A DNA stretch of 24,000 nt from Tissierellia bacterium (lineage in GTDB: Bacteria; Bacillota; Clostridia; Tissierellales; Peptoniphilaceae), in the NCBI GenBank assembly GCA_012519495.1, contig JAAYQA010000015.1, forward strand, positions 18,439 to 42,438, in the 5' to 3' direction. This document shows positions 9,706-17,621 of this stretch, one piece after another. Made by a program: the position numbers and the translations under genes. Under the pieces are notes generated by a model. That model worked only from the letters and a program-made list of their open reading frames with translations. It made no database searches and had not been told where the DNA came from. How positions within the stretch are numbered: position 1 is the stretch's first letter; every line of letters begins with the position of its first letter.

Positions 9706-10498
9706 TTTTCAGACTCCGTATAAAAGATAAAAACAATTGCCGGAAATTTTGTTCCGACAGTTTGGCTGCTTCCAATACTTCTTCATGTGACAAGGGACTA
9801 TCGATAATCCCCGCGGCCATATTGCTGATCATGGAAATCCCGCAAACTTCCATCCCCAGACGATTCGCAACCATGGCTTCCGGTACCGTCGACATTCCGA
9901 CCGCGTCAGCGCCCAATACGCGCGCTGCTTTCACTTCTGCCGGTGTTTCATAACTCGGACCGGTAAACCAGATATACACTCCCTTTTTCAGCGATACTGC
10001 CGTCTCTTGTGCCGCCTGTAAGAGTTTTTCCTGCAAATGCTTTGTGTAGACTTCACTTTGGTCGGGAAAACGTGGACCATCCTTCTCATGATAAGGACCA
10101 CGCAACGGATTGATACCGGAGAAGTTAATGTGATCGGTGATCATCATCAGATCGCCCGGGCGGAAAGTTTCGTTGACAGCGCCGGCCGCATTGGTCAAAA
10201 ACAGGCGCGGTATCCCCAATGCGTGCACGAGACGTACAATCGCTGTTACTTCGTCAATCTCTTTGCCTTCGTAATAGTGCACCCGTCCGCTCAGAAAAAG
10301 AACCGGCAAACTTTCCACATAGCCGAAGATAAATTCACCCCCATGCCCTTCCACCCCCGGACGCGGGAGCCCGGGAATCTCCTCATAGGGGATATGCACG
10401 GCATCGGTTGCGGTATCCGCCAAGCTTTTCAACCCCGAACCCAACTGCACCGCAATGACGGGCGGTTTTTTCCATAAGGATTCCAGTTTTTTATGCAT
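9692..10498 (-). CDS. punA: Purine-nucleoside phosphorylase
   Basis: LGSGL...IPYEEIPGLPRPGVEGHGGEFIFG...FLTNAAGAVNETFRPGDLMMITDHINF. ATG 10498 gives the canonical N-terminus (the longer ORF start at 10582 is unlikely). Confidence 0.93.
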   Translation of the reverse strand: MHKKLESLWKKPPVIAVQLGSGLKSLADTATDAVHIPYEEIPGLPRPGVEGHGGEFIFGYVESLPVLFLSGRVHYYEGKEIDEVTAIVRLVHALGIPRLFLTNAAGAVNETFRPGDLMMITDHINFSGINPLRGPYHEKDGPRFPDQSEVYTKHLQEKLLQAAQETAVSLKKGVYIWFTGPSYETPAEVKAARVLGADAVGMSTVPEAMVANRLGMEVCGISMISNMAAGIIDSPLSHEEVLEAAKLSEQNFRQLFLSFIRSLKNARI

Positions 10499-11063
10499 TG
10501 CGGGAACCTCCCTTTGTCTCTTCAGAAAAATGCTGCGTCCAGATTCTTTCCAGATACAAAGCGCCGATGACGGTTTTCGCATCCATCACACCGCAATGAT
10601 CAATTTTCTGTAATAGTTCATCTAATGTTAACAACGCGATGGATTCGATTTCTTCGTCAATCTCTTTACTGATGAATCGCAGATCTTTTGCCAGAAAGAA
10701 TTGTTGTTTTTCATTGGTAAAGCCTGCGGAAGTAAATGTATCAAACAAATACAGCATTTCACCCGCTTCATAGCCGGTTTCTTCCTGCAATTCTCTCTGC
10801 GCCGTTTGTTTGGGTTCTTCGCCGGCTTCTATAAGACCGGCCGGCAGCTCCAGCAGCGTGCGGCCGATCGCACTTCGGTAATTTTTAACCAGCAGAATCC
10901 GGCCGTCCGGCAATACGGGAAGAACCACAGCTGCACCGGGATGCTCGATTATTTCTCGTTTGGAATACTTTTTGTTCGGCATTTCCACCGTATTCACCTT
11001 TAAGGTCAGAATACGCCCCGAATAGATTTTTTCCGATTTGATGGTTTTCTCTTTATAGCTCAT
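10491..11063 (-). CDS. NUDIX hydrolase, ADP-ribose pyrophosphatase-like
   Basis: Nudix box GLIEAGEEPKQTAQRELQEETGY. ATG 11063. Confidence 0.9.
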   Translation of the reverse strand: MSYKEKTIKSEKIYSGRILTLKVNTVEMPNKKYSKREIIEHPGAAVVLPVLPDGRILLVKNYRSAIGRTLLELPAGLIEAGEEPKQTAQRELQEETGYEAGEMLYLFDTFTSAGFTNEKQQFFLAKDLRFISKEIDEEIESIALLTLDELLQKIDHCGVMDAKTVIGALYLERIWTQHFSEETKGGSRNA

Positions 11064-12747
11064 GCATCCCTCCCCGCTTCCAATCCGCTGCCGATAATAA
11101 TAACTGATCCGCCTGTTGGTAAGCGCTTTCTGTTTGCTTGCTGCCGCTGATTAAGCGTGCGACTTCTTCTGTCCGTTCTTCCTTAGACAATAATTGCAGT
11201 GTACTGCTCGTTTCGTCCTGCTTCGTTTCCTTTGTAATGCGGGAATGTGCATCTCCCATCGAGGCAATCTGCGGCAAATGGGTAACCGCAATAATCTGCA
11301 TGGTATCTGACAATCGATAGAGAAATTCCGCCATCGACTGGGCCGCCCGGCCGCTGACACCGGTGTCGATCTCATCAAATACCACCGTCCCCGAGGCAAA
11401 TTCCCGGGAAAACAAAGAACGTATGGCCAGCATCACCCGCGACAATTCCCCGCCGGATGCAATTTCATGCAAAGGTCGCATGGTTTGCCCTGCATTGGTA
11501 CGTATATAAAACAGGACCTGTTCTTTTCCGTCGGCGCCCAGTTCCGTGGGTAGTAACCGCGTTGCAAACTCGGCATGGGGCATGCGCAATCCGGCTAAAA
11601 CCGCAGCGATCTCCTTATCCAGTTGCTTGCCGATCGCCGTACGAAACGCTGTCAGCTGTGCAGCCAAATGCTCCAATGTCTGTGTACAGGAATCGATCTC
11701 CTCCTGGGCCTGCTGCAAGTCTTTTTCCCTTTCGGCGAGCTGCTCCGCCTCCTGTACCGCGTTTTCATAAAAAGCAATGATTTCTTCCCGGCTTTGCCCG
11801 TATTTTCGTTGCAGGCGCATCCACTCTCCCATGCGCCGGTCCAGCTCTTCCAACCGTTGCGGATCGTTCTGATATCCTTCCGCTAAACGGGTCAGTTCGC
11901 TGCGTAATTCCTGCAATAGTTCGGACAGGGAAATAATCGGTTCAGAAAGAGAGATGGAGGAGTCCAGCCCCTCCATTTTATGTGCGAGGCTTTCTGCCGA
12001 CGCAAGTAATTGTAAGGTTCCGGGATGTTCATCGGACCAGCCTTCAATCAGTCCATGCATCTGTTCAGCCATCTGTAAAAGATCTTCAGCATGCAAGAGA
12101 CGCCGATGTTCTTGGTCCAAAGTTTCGATATCCACAGAAAACGGATCAAAAGCTGCTATTTCTTCTATCTGATAACGCAAAATATCCAGTTCGCGCTCCC
12201 GGGCGGACGGGTCTGTTCCATACCGGGACAAAAAGGTGCGCAGTCGGTTTCTTTCGTTGTACACTTTGCGATACTGCGTATATACATCCTTTTGCTCTTT
12301 TGTAAAAAAGCTGTCCACCAATTGGATTTGCCGGTCCAGATCCAGCAGGGCACGATCCTTCTGTCCATACACATCCAGCATCCGCCCGCCGATCGCTTTC
12401 AGTTCAGCAACGGTTACCAGCTGCCCCTGCACGCGTGCGCCGGAATGCCCGGACGCCTGCACCGAACGCGATAAGGTGATGGTATCTCCCGGTTCGATCC
12501 CGTAGGGTTCCAGAAGTTCCTTTTCCATGTTCTCCGGATAAGAAAAAACCCCTTCCACATACAGCGTTTTTTCCCCGTCCCGAATCATATTGCGCGATGC
12601 ACGGGCACCGGACAAAAGATTCAAGGCATGTAAAAGTATGGACTTGCCAGCCCCGGTTTCCCCGGTAATGACATGTACGCCCCGATGAAACTGCGCGGTC
12701 ATTTCTTTGATAACGGCCAAATTCCGGATCCGGACTTCCAATAGCAT
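11053..12747 (-). CDS. recN: DNA repair protein RecN
   Basis: MLLEVRIRNLAVIKEMTAQFHRGVHVITGETGAGKSILLHALNLLSG. C-terminal ASGGELSRVMLAIRSLF and VFDEIDTGVSGRAAQ. Confidence 0.96.
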   Translation of the reverse strand: MLLEVRIRNLAVIKEMTAQFHRGVHVITGETGAGKSILLHALNLLSGARASRNMIRDGEKTLYVEGVFSYPENMEKELLEPYGIEPGDTITLSRSVQASGHSGARVQGQLVTVAELKAIGGRMLDVYGQKDRALLDLDRQIQLVDSFFTKEQKDVYTQYRKVYNERNRLRTFLSRYGTDPSARERELDILRYQIEEIAAFDPFSVDIETLDQEHRRLLHAEDLLQMAEQMHGLIEGWSDEHPGTLQLLASAESLAHKMEGLDSSISLSEPIISLSELLQELRSELTRLAEGYQNDPQRLEELDRRMGEWMRLQRKYGQSREEIIAFYENAVQEAEQLAEREKDLQQAQEEIDSCTQTLEHLAAQLTAFRTAIGKQLDKEIAAVLAGLRMPHAEFATRLLPTELGADGKEQVLFYIRTNAGQTMRPLHEIASGGELSRVMLAIRSLFSREFASGTVVFDEIDTGVSGRAAQSMAEFLYRLSDTMQIIAVTHLPQIASMGDAHSRITKETKQDETSSTLQLLSKEERTEEVARLISGSKQTESAYQQADQLLLSAADWKRGGMHEL

Positions 12748-12749
12748 AG

Positions 12750-13202
12750 CTAACGAATACTCTCCTTGATCTGATCCAGAATCGAATCCAGATCGTCTTT
12801 GTTTTCCACAGCAATAAAAATGGTATCATTTCCGGTTAATATCCCGGCGATTCCTTTTATCTTGCTGTTGGTCACCGCCATTCCGCAAACCGTACCTGTA
12901 TGTGCAATGGTCTTTATGATAATCATTTCTTCGTTTCTTTTTATGGATAAAACGGCCGAGCGAAAAATCTTGTCCAATCGTTCATTGAGTGAATCGTGCA
13001 CCGTATCAATCAGAGCATACCGGTATTCCCCTTCCGCCGACTGTACCTTCGAAATTCGAAGTTCTTTTATGTCACGGGATATGGTTGCCTGCGTTGCGCG
13101 AACGCCCCGGGTCATGAGGTATTCGGAAAGCTCTTCCTGGGTGCGGATCTCAAATTCTTCAATCAGATCGAGAATGATTCTTTGGCGCGTGTACTTTTTC
13201 AT
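12750..13202 (-). CDS. argR: Arginine repressor ArgR/AhrC
   Basis: TQEELSEYLMTRGVRATQATISRDIKELRISKV and C-terminal GTVCGMAVTNSKIKGIAGILTGNDTIFIA. Upstream of recN. Confidence 0.95.
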   Translation of the reverse strand: MKKYTRQRIILDLIEEFEIRTQEELSEYLMTRGVRATQATISRDIKELRISKVQSAEGEYRYALIDTVHDSLNERLDKIFRSAVLSIKRNEEMIIIKTIAHTGTVCGMAVTNSKIKGIAGILTGNDTIFIAVENKDDLDSILDQIKESIR

Positions 13203-13800
13203 CTTTCGCTCCTTTATTCTTATTTTTCTTTTCCTTCAATGGAAAGAAAAAGGAAAATCGCCGGATTATTTTTGCACTGAACATAACAATTTCCTGCGCA
13301 TAGCTTATCGATATCGACTTTCCGATTGCCTTCCCGCCCACCGTCGTGGCTGAAATCGCCCCGGTGAACAATACACTCAACAGCGTACCATTTATAAAGC
13401 CAAAGGAACCGAGAATACGAAATACAATCATCGTTCCTACGGCACCGCTTACAATACCGCAAATGTCTCCAATCACATCATTGCAAAAATTGGAGACCTT
13501 ATCCGCGTTTCGAATCAACGCGATCGCATAGTCCGCAGAAGGAACGCGATTGGCTCCCATTGCATGAAAGCCCTTCACTTCCGCTGCCGTTACCGCAATT
13601 CCGATAATATCGAAAACTATGCCGATCGCGATAATTGTCAAAAGTAAAAGCGTGGCCACAAAGGTGGATACGCCTGAAACCAGAGCATCCGACAAAAAAC
13701 TGATACTAACGGATAAAACCAAAGTCCAGAAGGTGATGAACCGCACCCATTTTCCGTCGATGCTTTGCAATATTTTTTGTGTTTTTTTGGGTTTCGCCAT
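13159..13800 (-). CDS. oapA: DUF21-like integral membrane protein; predicted OLE-associated protein A (OapA)
   Basis: About 213 aa from MAKPKKTQK (ATG 13800, GGAG upstream). Hydrophobic TM segments (WTLVLSVSISFLSDALVSGVSTFVATLLLLTIIAIGIVFDIIGIAVTAAEVKG) resemble the CorB/CNNM DUF21 domain. Encoded directly downstream of the structured RNA region and upstream of argR-recN, the typical OapA context. Confidence 0.85.
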   Translation of the reverse strand: MAKPKKTQKILQSIDGKWVRFITFWTLVLSVSISFLSDALVSGVSTFVATLLLLTIIAIGIVFDIIGIAVTAAEVKGFHAMGANRVPSADYAIALIRNADKVSNFCNDVIGDICGIVSGAVGTMIVFRILGSFGFINGTLLSVLFTGAISATTVGGKAIGKSISISYAQEIVMFSAKIIRRFSFFFPLKEKKNKNKGAKDEKVHAPKNHSRSD

Positions 13801-13827
13801 GTTTCTCCGTTCAAATAAGTATGTAGG

Positions 13828-14369
13828 ATAGTGAAGATGCACATAGTAAATCTTACGGCATAGGTTTAGTAGAATTTCTCCGCCTGCTACTGCGCGTCGC
13901 CGCCATCAGCGGTTTCCCTTTAAAGCAAACGCCGGACCGTCACCAAAACCGGAACTAAATCACCACTAAGTCCGCACTGTAATCCCATGTGCATCAAACA
14001 GTCTAGGAGTTTTCCTCTACAACCAGTCGGATCCTTATCCTTTTTTGCAAAGAATGTTTCGATACCAAATAGCGTTTGGCCTGGCCACAGCCTCCCCCTA
14101 CGAACGTTATCTTCCGCAGTCTTCACTCAAGGCAAGCTACGCTGCAAAATGCAGGTTTTATCATCCGCGTGTGTTGTCGCGGAAGTCTCCGCGAGGGTAG
14201 GGTCAACGCCTACATGCCATTGTAGATCGCCCCATCCCTCTTACTCCCAGAACATACCCCCGACTGGGCGTCGTGAGCATAAACCAGGAACTTCATCGAT
14301 GTGCTCTGCGACGGATTTTTAGCCCCGCCCTCCAGATCCGTTGTGCTGACTAGAATACTGCTTCACTAT
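13828..14369 (-). ncRNA. ole: OLE RNA (Ornate, Large, Extremophilic non-coding RNA)
   Basis: About 620-nt gap between ispA and the OapA-like gene with no credible CDS. The terminal helix ATAGTGAAG (14369-14361) pairs with CTTCACTAT (13836-13828). Internal helices: ACGGAT/ATCCGT (14341-14336/14316-14311), CGTCG+GAGCA/TGCTC+CGACG (14313-14302/14279-14269), CCCAG/CTGGG (14268-14264/14250-14246), CTACA/TGTAG (14225-14221/14214-14210), TCGCGGA/TCCGCGA (14194-14188/14183-14177), CCAAA/TTTGG (14079-14075/14069-14065). Class assignment is by synteny, length and partner gene, not by a covariance search. Confidence 0.85.
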
Positions 14370-14375
14370 TACATG

Positions 14376-14404
14376 ATTATAGCAGAAATTATCGGATTAT
14401 TCAA
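14376..14404 (-). promoter_or_regulatory. Extended -10 sigmaA-type promoter for the OLE RNA/oapA transcript
   Basis: Minus strand TTGAAT (14404-14399) - 17 nt - TATAAT (14381-14376), with TG at extended -10 (TGC-TATAAT). Predicted +1 near 14369/14370. Confidence 0.8.
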
Positions 14405-14419
14405 TCAAAAGCCCGACTT

Positions 14420-15262
14420 TTATACATCCCGATGCATAAGTGAACGGGTAATCTGCATCAATCGATCCGTATTGCGTCCTGCCAGACGTGACAATGCGAG
14501 CAGCGCTTTTTCTGTATGAGAAACCATGTTTTCTTCCGCTTCTTCCTGCGTCATGAACCGTAAAATCGTCATATTGTCTGCTTCCAGATCCTGACCGGCG
14601 TCCAGTAAATCATCCTGTATCTGGAATGCCGCCCCGACATGCTCGGCATAGTCTCTAAGAAAAGCACGCTCCTCCTCTGTTGCCCCGCCCAAAACCGCAC
14701 CCGCTTCGCAGGCGGCAAGAATCAGTTTCCCGGTTTTCTTTTCGTATAAACGCAACAAATGCGCTAAATCTTCCACGCGATCATACAAGTCCATAATCTG
14801 GCCGCTCAGCATCCCGTCGGTACCGGCCGCACGGGTGAGAATCTGTGTTGCCATCCATTTATTCGGATCTTGTTGTGCGGCGGACATGGCCAGTTCCAAT
14901 GCGCCGTTGAGCAAGGCATCGCCTGCCAATATGCCCATAGCTTCGTCAAATTCCTTATGCAGGGAGGGACGGCCGCGCCGATAATCATCATCATCCATCG
15001 CGGGCAGATCATCGTGTACCAAAGAATAGTTGTGGATCATCTCCAGACTGACCGCAAAGGGCATGGCCGCATCCAGATCCTTCGCAAAAAGCGCATAGGA
15101 CTCCAACAGCAGAACCGGACGCAGGCGCTTGCCGCCTCCGTCCACCGCATACACGAGCGCCCGCTTAAGCAAAGGATGCATCGGCATCTCTTTTAACGAT
15201 GCCTGCAGGGCTTGTTCAAAAAGCTGTCGGTTCTTCTGGGTTATCGTCAAATAATCCGTCAT
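14420..15262 (-). CDS. ispA: Polyprenyl synthetase (geranyl/farnesyl diphosphate synthase)
   Basis: GGGKRLRPVLLL, first Asp-rich motif DDLPAMDDDDYRRG, second DDLLD. ATG 15262. Confidence 0.94.
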   Translation of the reverse strand: MTDYLTITQKNRQLFEQALQASLKEMPMHPLLKRALVYAVDGGGKRLRPVLLLESYALFAKDLDAAMPFAVSLEMIHNYSLVHDDLPAMDDDDYRRGRPSLHKEFDEAMGILAGDALLNGALELAMSAAQQDPNKWMATQILTRAAGTDGMLSGQIMDLYDRVEDLAHLLRLYEKKTGKLILAACEAGAVLGGATEEERAFLRDYAEHVGAAFQIQDDLLDAGQDLEADNMTILRFMTQEEAEENMVSHTEKALLALSRLAGRNTDRLMQITRSLMHRDV

Positions 15263-15479
15263 TTTCCATCCCTTCCCGTTGAAACGGCAATGCAAGCTCC
15301 CCTTCCATCTTTAGTAACTCCCCTTTGGAACGTCTCAGACACGCATCCAGCTCGCTGTATAATTGCATTCCCTTCTTGTATTCATTTAGATTCTCATCCA
15401 GCGATAATTCACCCGATTCCAATCGCGAAAGGATCGCTTTCAGTTCCTCCAGGTTTTTCTCATAGTCCTTGAATTCCAT
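15216..15479 (-). CDS. xseB: Exodeoxyribonuclease VII small subunit
   Basis: MEFKDYEKNLEELKAILSRLESGELSLDENLNEYKKGMQL. Sits between xseA and ispA. Confidence 0.93.
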   Translation of the reverse strand: MEFKDYEKNLEELKAILSRLESGELSLDENLNEYKKGMQLYSELDACLRRSKGELLKMEGELALPFQREGMENDGLFDDNPEEPTAF

Positions 15480-16680
15480 CGGTTTCCTCCTCCTCAAACG
15501 CCTGCTCAATCACACTGCGGGCCTGTCCGTGTAAAAAACGCATGGATACCCGGTCGCCGGGTTTCAGCTCCCGGCTGTCCGTCACGACACCCCCGGCCTT
15601 TTGCACAACCGCGTATCCCTTTTGCAAAATGCCAAGCGGATTGGATGCTTCCAGTTTATGGTAGAACAGCGCCAGCGCGTGTTCTTTTTCGGTAAAGTAG
15701 GACGTTTTTGCCTGCAGCAAGCGTTTCGCCATATCTTGCAGCTGATCCTGCCGTTTTTCCAAGCAGAGCACCGGATTGGTTCGCAAGAGCGCATCGTGAA
15801 ACATGTCCAGCTCTTTTGAATAATCTTCCAATACTCCCTGCATTGTATGCCGCATGTTTCCAACGGTATCATCCACATCCCGTACCAGATCCTGTACATG
15901 CCGTGTCGCCAATTCACCGGCTGCTGTCGGTGTCGGTGCACGGAGATCGGCGGCAAAGTCGGTTAATACCGTGTCAGATTCATGCCCGACCGCAGAAATA
16001 ATCGGATAGCGGGAACGGGCTACTTCTCTTACCAGCTCCTCATCGTTAAAACAGAAAAGGTCTTCAAACGAACCGCCGCCACGTCCGATAATGACGGTGG
16101 ACAAATCGTTCCGGCTGTTGAAATATCGCAGCGCCTGTATCATGGACTGCGCGGCATTCGTCCCCTGTACCACCGACGGATACAAAAGAATATGCGTCAT
16201 CGGCGAACGTCTGCGAATCACATGCACAAGGTCGGTAATCGCTGCCCCTGTGTCCGATGTGATCAGACCGATCCGGTAGGGCACAGCAGGGATCGGGCGC
16301 TTTTTGTCCGTCGCAAACAGCCCTTCTGACTGCAATTTCTTTTTTCGCATTTCCAATTCCTGAAACAGTACGCCCGGCTGATGCAATACAATACTGTCTG
16401 CAATCAGCTGGTATTCGCTGCCGGCCGGGTAGGCACCGATCCGCCCCCCTACGTCGACTTCCATCCCGATATGCTCTTTCATATGGGGGTCCGAACAGCG
16501 TTTAAACATGACGCATTTCAGCACGGCGGATGCATCTTTGATCCTGAAAAAGCAATGCCCCCGCGCGGTTTCGGTAAAACTGCTCAGTTCGCCCCGCACA
16601 GTAACATTGCTTAGTAGTAGATCATCCCGCAATACTTTTTTGATATAGTTTCCAATTTCAGATACGCTTACCGGATGCAT
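15460..16680 (-). CDS. xseA: Exodeoxyribonuclease VII large subunit
   Basis: [44 protein letters not shown]...[41 protein letters not shown] (track shows [14 protein letters not shown]). Confidence 0.96.
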   Translation of the reverse strand: [406 protein letters not shown]

Positions 16681-17216
16681 CAGGATTCCCTTTCTCTGGC
16701 AATATTCCCCAATACTCCATTCAGAAAACGAAAAGAAGTATCACTGCTGTATTTCTTGCTTAATTCGACCGCTTCGTTGATCGAAGCACCCACAGGAATA
16801 TGATCGTCATACAGAATTTCGTTAACCGCCAGACGCAGGATCGCTTTGTCCACACGAGGCAAGCGCGAATACTCCCAGCCCTTTAAATGCTTGGCGATAC
16901 AGTCGTCAATCTCTTCCAGATTCTCCACAATGGAAGAAATCGCCCTACGGATAAAAGCCATTTGCTTGTCCGATAAATGATGGGATTCTTCCTGTACCGC
17001 GCTATCCTCTTCTGCTTTGACAGGTTTTATGCTTTCCAGCACCGATGCATCCTCCGAAACGGGTTCCGTTTCTTCTTTTGCGCGGTAGATTTCAAACCAG
17101 TCATCCAATTCCTGCAGCTGCATGGCTTGCACATCCATCCCGTATAAAAAGCGCATGAGCCACTCTCTGGCCGTTCGCCGCTCTATCCATTCCTTTACGG
17201 CATCCGCTTTTTTCAT
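16680..17216 (-). CDS. nusB: Transcription antitermination factor NusB (with acidic internal insertion)
   Basis: RRTAREWLMRFLYGMDV...LPRVDKAILRLAVNEILYDDHIPVGASINEAVELSKKYSSDTSFRFLNGVLGNI. Confidence 0.94.
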   Translation of the reverse strand: MKKADAVKEWIERRTAREWLMRFLYGMDVQAMQLQELDDWFEIYRAKEETEPVSEDASVLESIKPVKAEEDSAVQEESHHLSDKQMAFIRRAISSIVENLEEIDDCIAKHLKGWEYSRLPRVDKAILRLAVNEILYDDHIPVGASINEAVELSKKYSSDTSFRFLNGVLGNIARERES

Positions 17217-17221
17217 CCGGT

Positions 17222-17563
17222 TTACCCTTTCAGGCCTTCAATAAAAACGTTCACCTCAACGGCGCGTAAACCTGTAATGACATGCAGTTTTTCCGTAATA
17301 TTTCTCTGGGCGGACTCTGCGATTTTTGTAAGATCTTCCGCATTGTGCGCGATCAGACGCAAATCAATTCGTACCTGTCCGTCTTTGGTTGCAATCTTCA
17401 CGCCTTTCATCGTATCCGTCGTTGTAAATTTGTCATAGGATACAAAGTCATGGCCGGGTAAAAGCTCCGCAACACCCGTTACTTCCATGGCCGCTTCCCG
17501 CACGACTTTTTCTATAATGGTATTGGCGATCTTTACGCGACCGCCAGTAAATGTATTGTCCAT
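17222..17563 (-). CDS. Asp23/Gls24 family envelope stress response protein
   Basis: MDNTFTGGRVKIANTIIEKVVREAAMEVTGVAELLPG... ATG 17563 with SD GGAGGG. Upstream of nusB. Confidence 0.92.
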   Translation of the reverse strand: MDNTFTGGRVKIANTIIEKVVREAAMEVTGVAELLPGHDFVSYDKFTTTDTMKGVKIATKDGQVRIDLRLIAHNAEDLTKIAESAQRNITEKLHVITGLRAVEVNVFIEGLKG

Positions 17564-17581
17564 GTCGTTTTCCCTCCTGCT

Positions 17582-17606
17582 AAAAAGAGGGGGCAAAAGC
17601 CCCCTC
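17582..17606 (-). terminator. Rho-independent terminator downstream of the efp/CD1247-like unit
   Basis: Minus strand GAGGGGGC-TTTT-GCCCCCTC followed by TTTTT (stem 17606-17599/17594-17587). Confidence 0.88.
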
Positions 17607-17621
17607 CCTGTGGCAGCACTT

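Noticed and set aside
13987-14322. 111-aa plus-strand ORF and 68-aa minus-strand ORF (13920..14126) in the ispA-oapA gap
   Set aside because: No SD, no recognisable family, and both lie inside the structured RNA candidate. The apparent openness is better explained by RNA sequence constraint.
13828-14369. Alternative identities for the non-coding RNA: RNase P, tmRNA, 6S, group I/II intron
   Set aside because: I found no RNase P GAGGAAAGUCC-type core, no tmRNA GG..GAUUCGAC end or tRNA-like 3' end, no group II domain V or intron ORF, and the length is wrong for 6S. Synteny with oapA favours OLE.
16680-17216. Acidic insertion in NusB (about residues 46-80) as a novel domain
   Set aside because: It looks like a disordered linker between otherwise intact NusB halves. 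There is no repeat or motif suggesting a separate function.
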